Origin: Azolla caroliniana
Taxonomy: Eukaryota > Plantae > Polypodiophyta
Direction: 5' to 3'
NCBI GenBank assembly: GCA_043228905.1
Contig: JBHGNT010000047.1
Span: 1 to 64,000, forward strand
Length of the DNA stretch: 64,000 nt
Notes under the pieces: generated by a model
The model's database searches: none
What the model saw: the letters and a program-made list of their open reading frames with translations, nothing else
What the model was told of the DNA's origin: nothing
Made by a program: the position numbers and the translations under genes
In this document: in pieces, positions 40,600-53,336 of the stretch
Position numbering within the stretch: position 1 is the first letter of the stretch
Layout: every line of letters starts with the position of its first letter

Positions 40600-43500
40600 C
40601 CTGGCTTGTGTGATATCGGATTTTTGTGTTCAAACATGCGAATCGAAGCTAACAACGCTAGCTATGATATGGAATTAAAAAATCAAGATTTTGAAACTCA
40701 GGTCGAGAGACATGAGGAAATTAGCAAATTTGAGGAGTGAGTTGAGAAGAGCTAGTGGGTAAACGAAAATGTTCATACCTGTTTCGTGTGATATCGGATT
40801 TTTGTGTTCAAACAGGCGAATCGAAGCTAGCAACGCTAGCTATAATATGGAATTAAAAAATAAAGATTTTGAAACTCAGGTCGAGAGACATGACGAAATT
40901 ACCAAATTTGAGGAGTGAGTTGAGAAGAGCTAGGAGGTAAATTAAACTGTTCATACCTGGCTCGTGTGATATCGGATTTTTGTGTTCAAACATGCGAATC
41001 GAAGCTAGCAACGCTAGCTATGATATGGAATTAAAATATCAAGATTTTGCGACTCAGGTCGAGAGACATGACGAAATTACCAAATTTGAGGAGTGAGTTG
41101 AGAAGAGCTAGGAGGTAAATTAAAGTGTTCATACCTGGCTCCTGTGACATCGGATTTTTGTGTTCAAACATGCGATTCGAAGCTAACAACGCTAGCTATG
41201 ATATAGAATTAAAAAATCAAGATTTTGAAACTCAATTCGAGAGACATGACGAAATTAGCATACATGAGGAGGGAGTAGAGAGGAGCCCTTAAGTAAATGA
41301 AAATGTTCATACCTGGCTCGTGTGATATCGGATTTTTGTGTTCAAACATGCGAATCGAAGCTAGCAATGCTAGCTATGATATGGAATTGAAAATTCAAGA
41401 TTTTGAAACTCAGGTCCAGAGACATGTCCAAATTACCAAATTTGAGGAGTGAGTTGAGAAGAGCTAGTGGGTAAATGAAAATGTTCATACCTGGCTCGTG
41501 TCATATCGGATTTTTGTGTTCCAACATGCGAATCGAAGCTAACAACGCTAGCTATGATATGGAATTAAAAAATCAAGATTTTGAAACTCAGGTCGAGAGA
41601 GATGACGAAATTAGCAAACATGAGCAGGGAGTTGAGAGGAGCCCTTGAGTAAATTAAAATGTTCATACCTGGCTCGTGTCATATCGGATTTTTGTGTTCA
41701 AACATGCGTATCGAAGCTAACAACGCTAGCTATGATATGGAATTAAAAAATCAAGATTTTGAAACTCAGGTCGAGAGACATGAGGAAATTAGCAAATTTG
41801 AGGAGTGAGTTGAGAGAAGCCCTTGAGTAAATGAAAAGGTTTATACCTGGCTCGTGTAATATTAGATTTTTGTGTTGAAACATGCGAATCGAAGCTTACA
41901 ACACTAGCTACGATATGGAATTTAAAAATCAAGATTTTGAAACTCAGGTCGACAGACATGACGAAATTACCAAATTCGAGGAGTGAGTTGAGAGGAGCCC
42001 TTGAGTAAATGAAAATGTTCATACCTGGCTCGTGTGATATCGGATTTTTGTGTTCAAACATGCGAATCGAAGCTAACAACGCTAGCTATGATATAGAATT
42101 AAAAAATCAAGATTTTGAAACTCAGGTCGAGAGACGTGATGAAATTAGCAAAGATGAGGAGGGAGTAGAGAGGAGCCCTTGAGTAAATGCAAATGTTCAT
42201 ACCTGGCTCGTGTGATATCGGATTTTTGTGTTCAAACATGCGAATCGAAGCTAACAACGCTAGCTATGATATGGAATTAAAAAATCAAGATTTTGAAACT
42301 CAGGTCGAGAGACATGAGGAAATTAGCAAATTTGAGGAGTGAGTTGAGAAGAGCTAGTGGGTAAACGAAAATGTTCATACCTGTTTCGTGTGATATCGGA
42401 TTTTTGTGTTCAAACAGGCGAATCGAAGCTAGCAACGCTAGCTATAATATGGAATTAAATAATAAAGATTTTGAAACTCAGGTCGAGAGACATGACGAAA
42501 TTACCAAATTTGAGGAGTGAGTTGAGAAGAGCTAGGAGGTAAATTAAACTGTTCATACCTGGCTCGTGTGATATCGGATTTTTGTGTTCAAACATGCGAA
42601 TCGAAGCTAGCAACGCTAGCTATGATATGGAATTAAAATATCAAGATTTTGCGACTCAGGTCGAGAGACATGACGAAATTACCAAATTTGAGGAGTGAGT
42701 TGAGAAGAGCTAGGAGGTAAATTAAAGTGTTCATACCTGGCTCCTGTGACATCGGATTTTTGTGTTCAAACATGCGATTCGAAGCTAACAACGCTAGCTA
42801 TGATATAGAATTAAAAAATCAAGATTTTGAAACTCAGGTCGAGAGACATGACGAAATTAGCATACATGAGGAGGGAGTAGAGAGGAGCCCTTAAGTAAAT
42901 GAAAATGTTCATACCTAGCTCGTGTGATATCGGATTTTTGTGTTCAAACATGCGAATCGAAGCTAGCAATGCTAGCTATGATATGGAATTGAAAATTCAA
43001 GATTTTGAAACTCAGGTCCAGAGACATGTCGAAATTACCAAATTTGAGGAGTGAGTTGAGAAGAGCTAGTGGGTAAATGAAAATGTTCATACCTGGCTCG
43101 TGTCATATCGGATTTTTGTGTTCCAACATGCGAATCGAAGCTAACAACGCTAGCTATGATATGGAATTAAAAAATCAAGATTTTGAAACTCAGGTCGAGA
43201 GAGATGACGAAATTAGCAAACATGAGCAGGGAGTTGAGAGGAGCCCTTGAGTAAATTAAAATGTTCATACCTGGCTCGTGTCATATCGGATTTTTGTGTT
43301 CAAACATGCGTATCGAAGCTAACAACACTAGCTATGATATGGAATTAAAAAATCAAGATTTTGAAACTCAGGTCGAGAGACATGAGGAAATTACCAAATT
43401 TGAGGAGTGAGTTGAGAGAAGCCCTTGAGTAAATGAAAAGGTTTATACCTGGCTCGTGTAATATTAGATTTTTGTGTTGAAACATGCGAATCGAAGCTTA

Positions 43501-43770
43501 CAACACTAGCTACGATATGGAATTTAAAAATCAAGATTTTGAAACTCAGGTCGACAGACATGACGAAATTACCAAATTCGAGGAGTGAGTTGAGAGGAGC
43601 CCTTCAGTAAATGAAAATGTTCATACCTGGCTCGTGTGATATCGGATTTTTGTGTTCAAACATGCGAATCGAAGCTAACAACGCTAGCTATGATATAGAA
43701 TTAAAAAATCAAGATTTTGAAACTCAGGTCGAGAGACATGACGAAATTAGCAAAGATGAGGAGGGAGTAG
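40600..43770 (+). repeat. Higher-order repeat: 9-mer (1602 bp), about 2 copies
   Basis: Variant GCTAGTGGGTAAACGAAAA at 40751 and 42353 (offset 1602), with GCGACTCAG, AGCATACATG and GTCGACAGAC variants following in the same order. Boundaries approximate. Confidence 0.75.
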
Positions 43771-43999
43771 AGAGGAGCCCTTGAGTAAATGAAAATGTTC
43801 ATACCTGGCTCGTGTGATATCGGATTTTTGTGTTCAAAAATGCGAATCGAAGCTAACAACGCTAGCTATGATATGGAATTAAAAAATCAAGATTTTGAAA
43901 CCCAGGTCGAGAGACATAAGGAAATTAGCAAATGCGAGGAGGAAGTAGAGAGGAGCCCTAGAGTAAATGAAAATGTTCATACCTGGCTCGTGTGATATC

Positions 44000-46900
44000 G
44001 GATTTTTGTGTTCAAACATGCGAATCGAAGCTAACAACGCTAGCTATGATATAGAATTAAAAAATCAAGATTTTGAAACTCAGGTCGAGAGACATGACGA
44101 AATTAGCAAAGATGAGGAGGGAGTAGAGAGGAGCCCTTGAGTAAATGAAAATGTTCATACCTGGCTCGTGTGATATCGGATTTTTGTGTTCAAAAATGCG
44201 AATCGAAGCTAACAACGCTAGCTATGATATGGAATTAAAAAATCAAGATTTTGAAACCCAGGTCGAGAGACATAAGGAAATTAGCAAATGCGAGGAGGAA
44301 GTAGAGAGGAGCCCTAGAGTAAATGAAAATGTTCATACCTGGCTCGTGTGATATCGGATTTTTGTGTTCAAAAATGCGAATTGAAGCTAACAACGCTAGC
44401 TATGATATGGAATTAAAAAATCAAGATTTTGAAACTCAGGTCGAGAGACATGACGAAATTAGCAAATTTGAGGAGTGAGTTGAGAAGAGCTAGTGGGTAA
44501 AGGAAAATGTTCATACCTGTCTCGTGTGATATCGGATTTTTGTGTTCAAACAGGCGAATCGAAGCTAGCAACGCTAGCTATGATATGGAATTAAAAAATA
44601 AAGATTTTGAAACTCAGGTCGAGAGACATGACGAAATTACCAAATTTGAGGAGTGAGTTGAGAAGAGCTAGGAGGTAAATTAAAGTGTTCATACCTGGCT
44701 CGTGTGATATCGGATTTTTGTGTTCAAACATGCGAATCGAAGCTAGCAACGCTAGCTATGACATGGAATTAAAAAATCAAGATTTTGCAACTCAGGTCGA
44801 GAGACATGACAAAATTACCAAATTTGAGGAGTGAGTTGAGAAGAGCTAGGAGGTAAATTAAAGTGTTCATACCTGGCTCCTGTGACATCGGATTTTTGTG
44901 TTCAAACATGCGAATCGAAGCTAACAATGCTAGCTATGATATGGAATTAAAAAATCAAGATTTTGAAACTCAGGTCGAGAGACATGACGAAATTAGCAAA
45001 CATGAGGAGGGAGTAGAGAGGAGCCCTTAAGTAAATGAAAATGTTCATACCTGGCTCGTGTGATATCGGATTTTTGTGTTCAAACATGCGAATCGAAGCT
45101 GGCAATGCTAGCTATGATATGGAATTGAAAATTCAAGATTTTGAAACTCAGGTCCAGAGACATGACGAAATTACCAAATTTGAGGAGTGAGTTGAGAAGA
45201 GCTAGTGGGTAAATTAAAATGTTCATACCTGGCTCGTGTGATATCGGATTTTTGTGTTCCAACATGCGAATCGAAGCTTACAACACTAGCTACGATATGG
45301 AATTTAAAAATCAAGATTTTGAAACTCAGGTCGAGAGACATGACGAAATTACCAAATTCGAGGAGTGAGTTGAGAGGAGCCCTTGAGTAAATGAAAATGT
45401 TCATACCTGGCTCGTGTGATATCGGATTTTTGTGTTCAAACATGCGTATCGAAGCTTACAACACTAGCTATGATATGGAATTAAAAAATCAAGATTTTGA
45501 AACTCAGGTCGAGAGATATGAGGAAATTACCAAATTTGAGGAGTGAGTTGAGAGAAGCCCTTGAGTAAATCAAAAGGTTTATACCTGGCTCGTGTAATAT
45601 TAGATTTTTGTGTTCAAACATGCGAATCGAAGCTTACAACGCTAGCTATGATATGGAAATAAAAAATCAAGATTTTGAAACTCAGGTCGAGAGACATGAC
45701 GAAATTACCAAATTCGAGGAGTGAGTTGAGAGGAGCCCTTGAGTAAATGAAAATGTTCATACCTGGCTCGTGTGATATCGGATTTTTGTGTTCAAAAATG
45801 CGAATCGAAGCTAACAACGCTAGCTATGATATAGAATTAAAAAATCAAGATTTTGAAACTCAGGTCGAGAGACATGACGAAATTAGCAAAGATGAGGAGG
45901 GAGTAGAGAGGAGCCCTTGAGTAAATGAAAATGTTCATACCTGGCTCGTGTGATATCGGATTTTTGTGTTCAAAAATGCGAATCAAAGCTAACAACGCTA
46001 GCTATGATATGGAATTAAAAAATCAAGATGTTGAAACCCAGGTCGAGAGACATAAGGAAAATAGCAAATGCGAGGAGGAAGTAGAGAGGAGCCCTAGAGT
46101 AAATGAAAATGTTCATACCTGGCTCGTGTGATATCGGATTTTTGTGTTCAAAAATGCGAATTGAAGCTAACAACGCTAGCTATGATATGGAATTAAAAAA
46201 TCAAGATTTTGAAACTCAGGTCGAGAGACATGACGAAATTAGCAAATTTGAGGAGTGAGTTGAGAAGAGCTAGTGGGTAAATGAAAATGTTCATACCTGT
46301 CTCGTGTGATATCGGATTTTTGTGTTCAAACAGGCGAATCGAAGCTAGCAACGCTAGCTATGATATGGAATTAAAAAATAAAGATTTTGAAACTCAGGTC
46401 GAGAGACATGACGAAATTACCAAATTTGAGGAGTGAGTTGAGAAGAGCTAGGAGGTAAATTAAAGTGTTCATACCTGGCTCGTGTGATATCGGATTTTTG
46501 TGTTCAAACATGCGAATCGAAGCTAGCAACGCTAGCTATGACATGAAATTAAAAAATCAAGATTTTGCAACTCAGGTCGAGAGACATGACAAAATTACCA
46601 AATTTGAGGAGTGAGTTGAGAAGAGCTAGGAGGTAAATTAAAGTGTTCATACCTGGCTCCTGTGACATCGGATTTTTGTGTTCAAACATGCGAATCGAAG
46701 CTAACAATGCTAGCTATGATATGGAATTAAAAAATCAAGATTTTGAAACTCAGGTCGAGAGACATGACGAAATTAGCAAACATGAGGAGGGAGTAGAGAG
46801 GAGCCCTTAAGTAAATGAAAATGTTCATACCTGGCTCGTGTGATATCGGATTTTTGTGTTCAAACATGCGAATCGAAGCTGGCAATGCTAGCTATGATAT

Positions 46901-48830
46901 GGAATTGAAAATTCAAGATTTTGAAACTCAGGTCCAGAGACATGACGAAATTACCAAATTTGAGGAGTGAGTTGAGAAGAGCTAGTGGGTAAATTAAAAT
47001 GTTCATACCTGGCTCGTGTGATATCGGATTTTTGTGTTCCAACATGCGAATCGAAGCTTACAACACTAGCTACGATATGGAATTTAAAAATCAAGATTTT
47101 GAAACTCAGGTCGAGAGACATGACGAAATTACCAAATTCGAGGAGTGAGTTGAGAGGAGCCCTTGAGTAAATGAAAATGTTCATACCTGGCTCGTGTGAT
47201 ATCGGATTTTTGTGTTCAAACATGCGTATCGAAGCTTACAACACTAGCTATGATATGGAATTAAAAAATCAAGATTTTGAAACTCAGGTCGAGAGATATG
47301 AGGAAATTACCAAATTTGAGGAGTGAGTTGAGAGAAGCCCTTGAGTAAATCAAAAGGTTTATACCTGGCTCGTGTAATATTAGATTTTTGTGTTCAAACA
47401 TGCGAATCGAAGCTTACAACGCTAGCTATGATATGGAAATAAAAAATCAAGATTTTGAAACTCAGGTCGAGAGACATGACGAAATTACCAAATTCGAGGA
47501 GTGAGTTGAGAGGAGCCCTTGAGTAAATGAAAATGTTCATACCTGGCTCGTGTGATATCGGATTTTTGTGTTCAAAAATGCGAATCGAAGCTAACAACGC
47601 TAGCTATGATATAGAATTAAAAAATCAAGATTTTGAAACTCAGGTCGAGAGACATGACGAAATTAGCAAAGATGAGGAGGGAGTAGAGAGGAGCCCTTGA
47701 GTAAATGAAAATGTTCATACCTGGCTCGTGTGATATCGGATTTTTGTGTTCAAAAATGCGAATCGAAGCTAACAACGCTAGCTATGATATGGAATTAAAA
47801 AATCAAGATTTTGAAACCCAGGTCGAGAGACATAAGGAAAATAGCAAATGCGAGGAGGAAGTAGAGAGGAGCCCTAGAGTAAATGAAAATGTTCATACCT
47901 GGCTCGTGTGATATCGGATTTTTGTGTTCAAAAATGCGAATTGAAGCTAACAACGCTAGCTATGATATGGAATTAAAAAATCAAGATTTTGAAACTCAGG
48001 TCGAGAGACATGACGAAATTAGCAAATTTGAGGAGTGAGTTGAGAAGAGCTAGTGGGTAAATGAAAATGTTCATACCTGTCTCGTGTGATATCGGATTTT
48101 TGTGTTCAAACAGGCGAATCGAAGCTAGCAACGCTAGCTATGATATGGAATTAAAAAATAAAGATTTTGAAACTCAGGTCGAGAGACATGACGAAATTAC
48201 CAAATTTGAGGAGTGAGTTGAGAAGAGCTAGGAGGTAAATTAAAGTGTTCATACCTGGCTCGTGTGATATCGGATTTTTGTGTTCAAACATGCGAATCGA
48301 AGCTAGCAACGCTAGCTATGACATGAAATTAAAAAATCAAGATTTTGCAACTCAGGTCGAGAGACATGACAAAATTACCAAATTTGAGGAGTGAGTTGAG
48401 AAGAGCTAGGAGGTAAATTAAAGTGTTCATACCTGGCTCCTGTGACATCGGATTTTTGTGTTCAAACATGCGAATCGAAGCTAACAATGCTAGCTATGAT
48501 ATGGAATTAAAAAATCAAGATTTTGAAACTCAGGTCGAGAGACATGACGAAATTAGCAAACATGAGGAGGGAGTAGAGAGGAGCCCTTAAGTAAATGAAA
48601 ATGTTCATACCTGGCTCGTGTGATATCGGATTTTTGTGTTCAAACATGCGAATCGAAGCTGGCAATGCTAGCTATGATATGGAATTGAAAATTCAAGATT
48701 TTGAAACTGAGGTCCAGAGACATGACGAAATTACCAAATTTGAGGAGTGAGTTGAGAAGAGCTAGTGGGTAAATGAAAATGTTCATACCTGGCTCGTGTG
48801 ATATCGGATTTTTGTGTTCCAACATACGAA
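44000..48830 (+). repeat. Higher-order repeat: 10-mer (1780 bp), about 2.7 copies
   Basis: Offsets of exactly 1780 (44145/45925/47705, 45080/46860/48640). Boundaries approximate. Confidence 0.88.
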
Positions 48831-51800
48831 TCGAAGCTAACAACGCTAGCTATGATATGGAATTTAAAAATCAAGATTTTGAAACTCAGGTCGAGAGACA
48901 TGACGAAATTACCAAATTCGAGGAGTGAGTTGAGAGGAGCCCTTGAGTAAATGAAAATGTTCATACCTGGCTCGTGTGATATCGGATGTTTGTGTTCAAA
49001 CATGCGAATCGAAGCTAACAACGCTAGCTATGATATGGATTTAAAAAATCAAGATTTTCTCAAACAGGTCGAGAGACATGAGGAAATTACCAAATTTGAG
49101 GAGTGAGTTGAGAAGAGCCAGTGGGTAAATGAAAATGTTCATACCTGTCTCGTGTGATATCGGATTTTTGTGTTCAAACATGCGAATCGAAGCTAACAAC
49201 GCTAGCTATGATATGGAATTAAAAAATCAAGATTTTGAAACTCAGGTCGAGAGAGATGACGAAATTAGCAAACATGAGCAGGGAGTTGAGAGGAGCCCTT
49301 GAGTAAATTAAAATGTTCATACCTGGCTCGTGTCATATCGGATTTTTGTGTTCAAACATGCGTATCGAAGCTAACAACACTAGCTATGATATGGAATTAA
49401 AAAATCAAGATTTTGAAACTCAGGTCGAGAGACATGAGGAAATTACCAAATTTGAGGAGTGAGTTGAGAGAAGCCCTTGAGTAAATCAAAAGGTTTATAC
49501 CTGGCTCGTGTAATATTAGATTTTTGTGTTCAAACATGCGAATCGAAGCTTACAACACTAGCTACGATATGGAATTTAAAAATCAAGATTTTGAAACTCA
49601 GGTCGAGAGACATGACGAAATTACCAAATTCGAGGAGTGAGTTGAGAGGAGCCCTTGAGTAAATGAAAATGTTCATACCTGGCTCGTGTGATATCGGATT
49701 TTCGTGTTCAAACATGCGAATCAAAGCTAGCAAAGTTAGCTATGATATGGAATTAAAAAATCAAGATTTTGAAACTCAGGTCGAGAGACGTGATGAAATT
49801 AGCAAAGATGAGGAGGGAGTAGAGAGGAGCCCTTGAGTAAATGAAAATGTTCATACCTGGCTCGTGTGATATCGGATTTTTGTGTTCAAACATGCGAATT
49901 GAAGCTAACAACGCTAGCTATGATATGGAATTAAAAAATCAAGATTTTGAAAGTCAGGTCGAGAGACATGACGAAATTACCAAATTTGAGGAGGGAGTTG
50001 AGTAGGGCGAATGAGTAAATGAAATTGTTCATACCTGGCTCGTGTGATATCGGATTTTTGTGTTCAAACATGCGAATCGAAGCTAACAACGCTAGCTATG
50101 ATATGGAATTAAAAAATCAAGATTTTGAAACTCAGGTCGAGAGACATGAAGAAATTAGCAAATTTGAGGAGGGAGTGGAGAAGAGCCCGTTCGGAAATGA
50201 AAATGTTCATACCTGGATCGTGTGATATCGGATTTCTGTGTTCAAACATAAAAATCGGAGCTAACAACGCTAGCTATGATCTGGAATTAAAAAATCAAGA
50301 TTTTGAAACTCAGGTTGAGAGACATGAAGAAATTACCAAATTTGAGGAGGGAGTTGAGGAGGGCGAATGAGTAAATTAAATTGTTCATACCTCGTTCGTG
50401 TGATATCTGATTTTTGTGTTCAAACATGGAAATCGGAGCTAACAACGCTAGCTATGATATGGAATTAAAAAATCAAGATTTTGAAACTTAGATCGAGAGA
50501 CATGACGAAATTAGCACATTTGAGGAGGGAGTTGAGTAGGGCGAATGAGTAAATTAAATTGTTCATACCTCGCTCGTGTGATATCTGATTTCTGTGTTCA
50601 AACATGCGAATCGAAGCTAACAACGCTAGCTATGATATGGAATTAAAAAGCAAGATTTTGAAACTCAGGTCGAGAGACATGAAGAAATTACCAAATTTGA
50701 GGAGGGAGTTTAGAAGAGCCCTTGAGCAAATGAAATTGTTCATACCTCGCTCGTGTGATATCTGATTTTTCTGTTCAAACATGTGAATCAAAGCTAACAA
50801 CGCTAGCTATGATATGGAATTAAAAAATCAAGATTTTGAAACTCAGGTGAGAGACATGACGAAATTACCAAATTTGAGGAGGGAGTTGAGTAGGGCGAAT
50901 GAGTAAATTAAATTGTTCATACCTCGCTCGTGTGATATCTGATTTTTGTGTTCAAACATGCGAATCAAAGCTAACAACGCTAGCTATGATATGGAATTAA
51001 AAAATCAAGATTTTGAAACTCAGGTCGAGAGACATGACGAAATTACCAAATTTGAGGAGGGAGTTGAGTAGGGCGAATGAGTAAATTAAATTGTTCATAC
51101 CTCGCTCGTGTGATATCTGATTTTTGTGTTCAAACATGCGAATCGAAGCTAACAACCCTAGCTATGATATGGAATTAAAAAATCAAGATTTTGAAATTCA
51201 GGTCGAGAGACATGAAGAAATTACCAAATTTGAGGAGGGAGTTGAGGAGGGCGAATGAGTAAATTAAATTGTTCATACCTCGTTCGTGTGATATCTGATT
51301 TTTGTGTTCAAACATGGAAATCGGAGCAAACAACGCTAGCTATGATATGGAATTAAAAAATCAAGATTTTGAAACTTAGATCGAGAGACATGACGAAATT
51401 AGCACATTTGAGGAGGGAGTTGAGTAGGGCGAATGAGTAAATTAAATTGTTCATACCTCGTCGTGTGATATCTGATTTCTGTGTTCAAACATGCGAATCG
51501 AAGCTAACAACGCTAGCTATGATATGGAATTAAAAAGCAAGATTTTGAAACTCAGGTCGAGAGACATGAAGAAATTACCAAATTTGAGGAGGGAGTTTAG
51601 AAGAGCCCTTGAGCAAATGAAATTGTTCATACCTGGCTCGTGTGATATCTGATTTCTGTGTTCAAACATGCGAATCGAAGCTAACAACGCTAGCTATGAT
51701 ATGGAATTAAAAAGCAAAATTTTGAAAGTCAGGTCGAGAGACATGACGAAATTACCAAATTTGAGGAGGGAGTTGAGTAGGGCGAATGAGTAAATGAAAT

Positions 51801-53336
51801 TGTTCATACCTCGCTCGTGTGATGTCCGATTTTTGTGTTCAAACATGCGAATCGAAGCTAACAACACTAGCTATGATATGGAATTAAAAAATCGAGATTT
51901 CGAAACTCAGGTCGAGAGACATGAAGAAATTACCAAATTTGAGGAGGGAGTGGAGAAGAGCCCGTTCGGAAATGAAAATGTTCATACCTGGATCGTGTGA
52001 TATCGGATTTCTGTGTTCAAACATGGGAATCGGAGCGAACAACGCTAGCTATGATATGGAATTAAGAAATCAAGATTTTGAAACTCAGGTTGAGAGACAC
52101 GAAGAAATTACCAAATTTGAGGAGGGAGTTGAGTAGGGCGAATGAGTAAATTAAATTGTTCATGCCTTGCTCGTGTGATATCCGATTTCTGTGTTCAAAC
52201 ATGGGAATCGGAGCTAACAACGCTAGCTATGATATGGAATTAAAAAATCAATATTTTGAAACTCAGGTCGAGAGACATGAAGAATTTACCAAATTTGAGG
52301 AGGGAGTTGAGTAGAGTCCTCGAGAAAATTAAAATGTTCATACCTGGCTCGTGTGATATCGGATTTCTGTGTTCAAACATGGAAATCGGTGCTAACAACG
52401 CTAGCTATGATATGGAATTAAAGAATCAAGATTTTGAAACTCAGATCGAGAGACATGACGAAATTACCATATTTGAGGAGGGAGTTGAGTAGAGCCCTTC
52501 AGAAAATTAAAATGTTTATACCTCGTTCGTGTGATACAGGATTTCTGTGTTCAAACATGGGAATCGGAGCTAACAACGGTAGCTATGATATGGAATTAAA
52601 AAATCCAGATTTTGAGACTCAGGTCGAGAGACATGACGAAATTAGCACATTTGAGGAGGGAGTTGAGTAGGGCGAATGAGTAAAGTAAATTGTTCATACC
52701 TCGCTCGTGTTATATCTGATTTTTGTGTTCAAACATGTGAATCAAAGCTAACAACGCTAGCTATGATATGGAATTAAAAAATCAAGATTTTGAAACTCAG
52801 GTCGAGAGACATGACGAAATTACCAAATTTGAGGAGGGAGTTGAGTAGGGCGAATGAGTAAATTAAATTGTTCATACCTCGCTCGTGTGATATCTGATTT
52901 TTGTGTTCAAACATGCGAATCGAAGCTAACAACCCTAGCTATGATATGGAATTAAAAAATCAAGATTTTGAAACTCAGGTCGAGAGACATGAAGAAATTA
53001 CCAAATTTGAGGAGGGAGTTGAGAAGAGCCCTTGAGCGAATTAAAATGTTCATACCTGGCTCGTGTGATATCGGATTTCTGTGTTCAAACATGGGAATCG
53101 GAGCTAACAACGCTAGCTATGATATGGAATTAAAAAATCAAGATTTTGAAACTCAGGTCGAGAGACATGAAGAAATTACCAAATTTGAGGAGGGAGTTGA
53201 GGAGGGCGAATGAGTAAATTAAATTGTTCATACCTCGTTCGTGTGATATCTGATTTTTGTGTTCAAACATGCGAATCGAAGCTAACAACCCTAGCTATGA
53301 TATGGAATTAGAAAATCAAGATTTTGAAACTCAAGA

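Larger units (their letters stand above)
26568..53332 (+). repeat. 178-bp tandem satellite array (about 150 monomers)
   Basis: Same monomer and orientation as 1-21246. Resumes at CATACCTGGCTCG directly after the LTR. Confidence 0.97.

Noticed and set aside
26568-53332. Inversion between the oppositely oriented copia copies
   Set aside because: Satellite orientation is unchanged across the window and element 1 retains its TSD.
53324-53336. Satellite-Gag fusion protein
   Set aside because: This is a TTG start in satellite that happens to be in frame. There is no promoter and a premature stop lies downstream.
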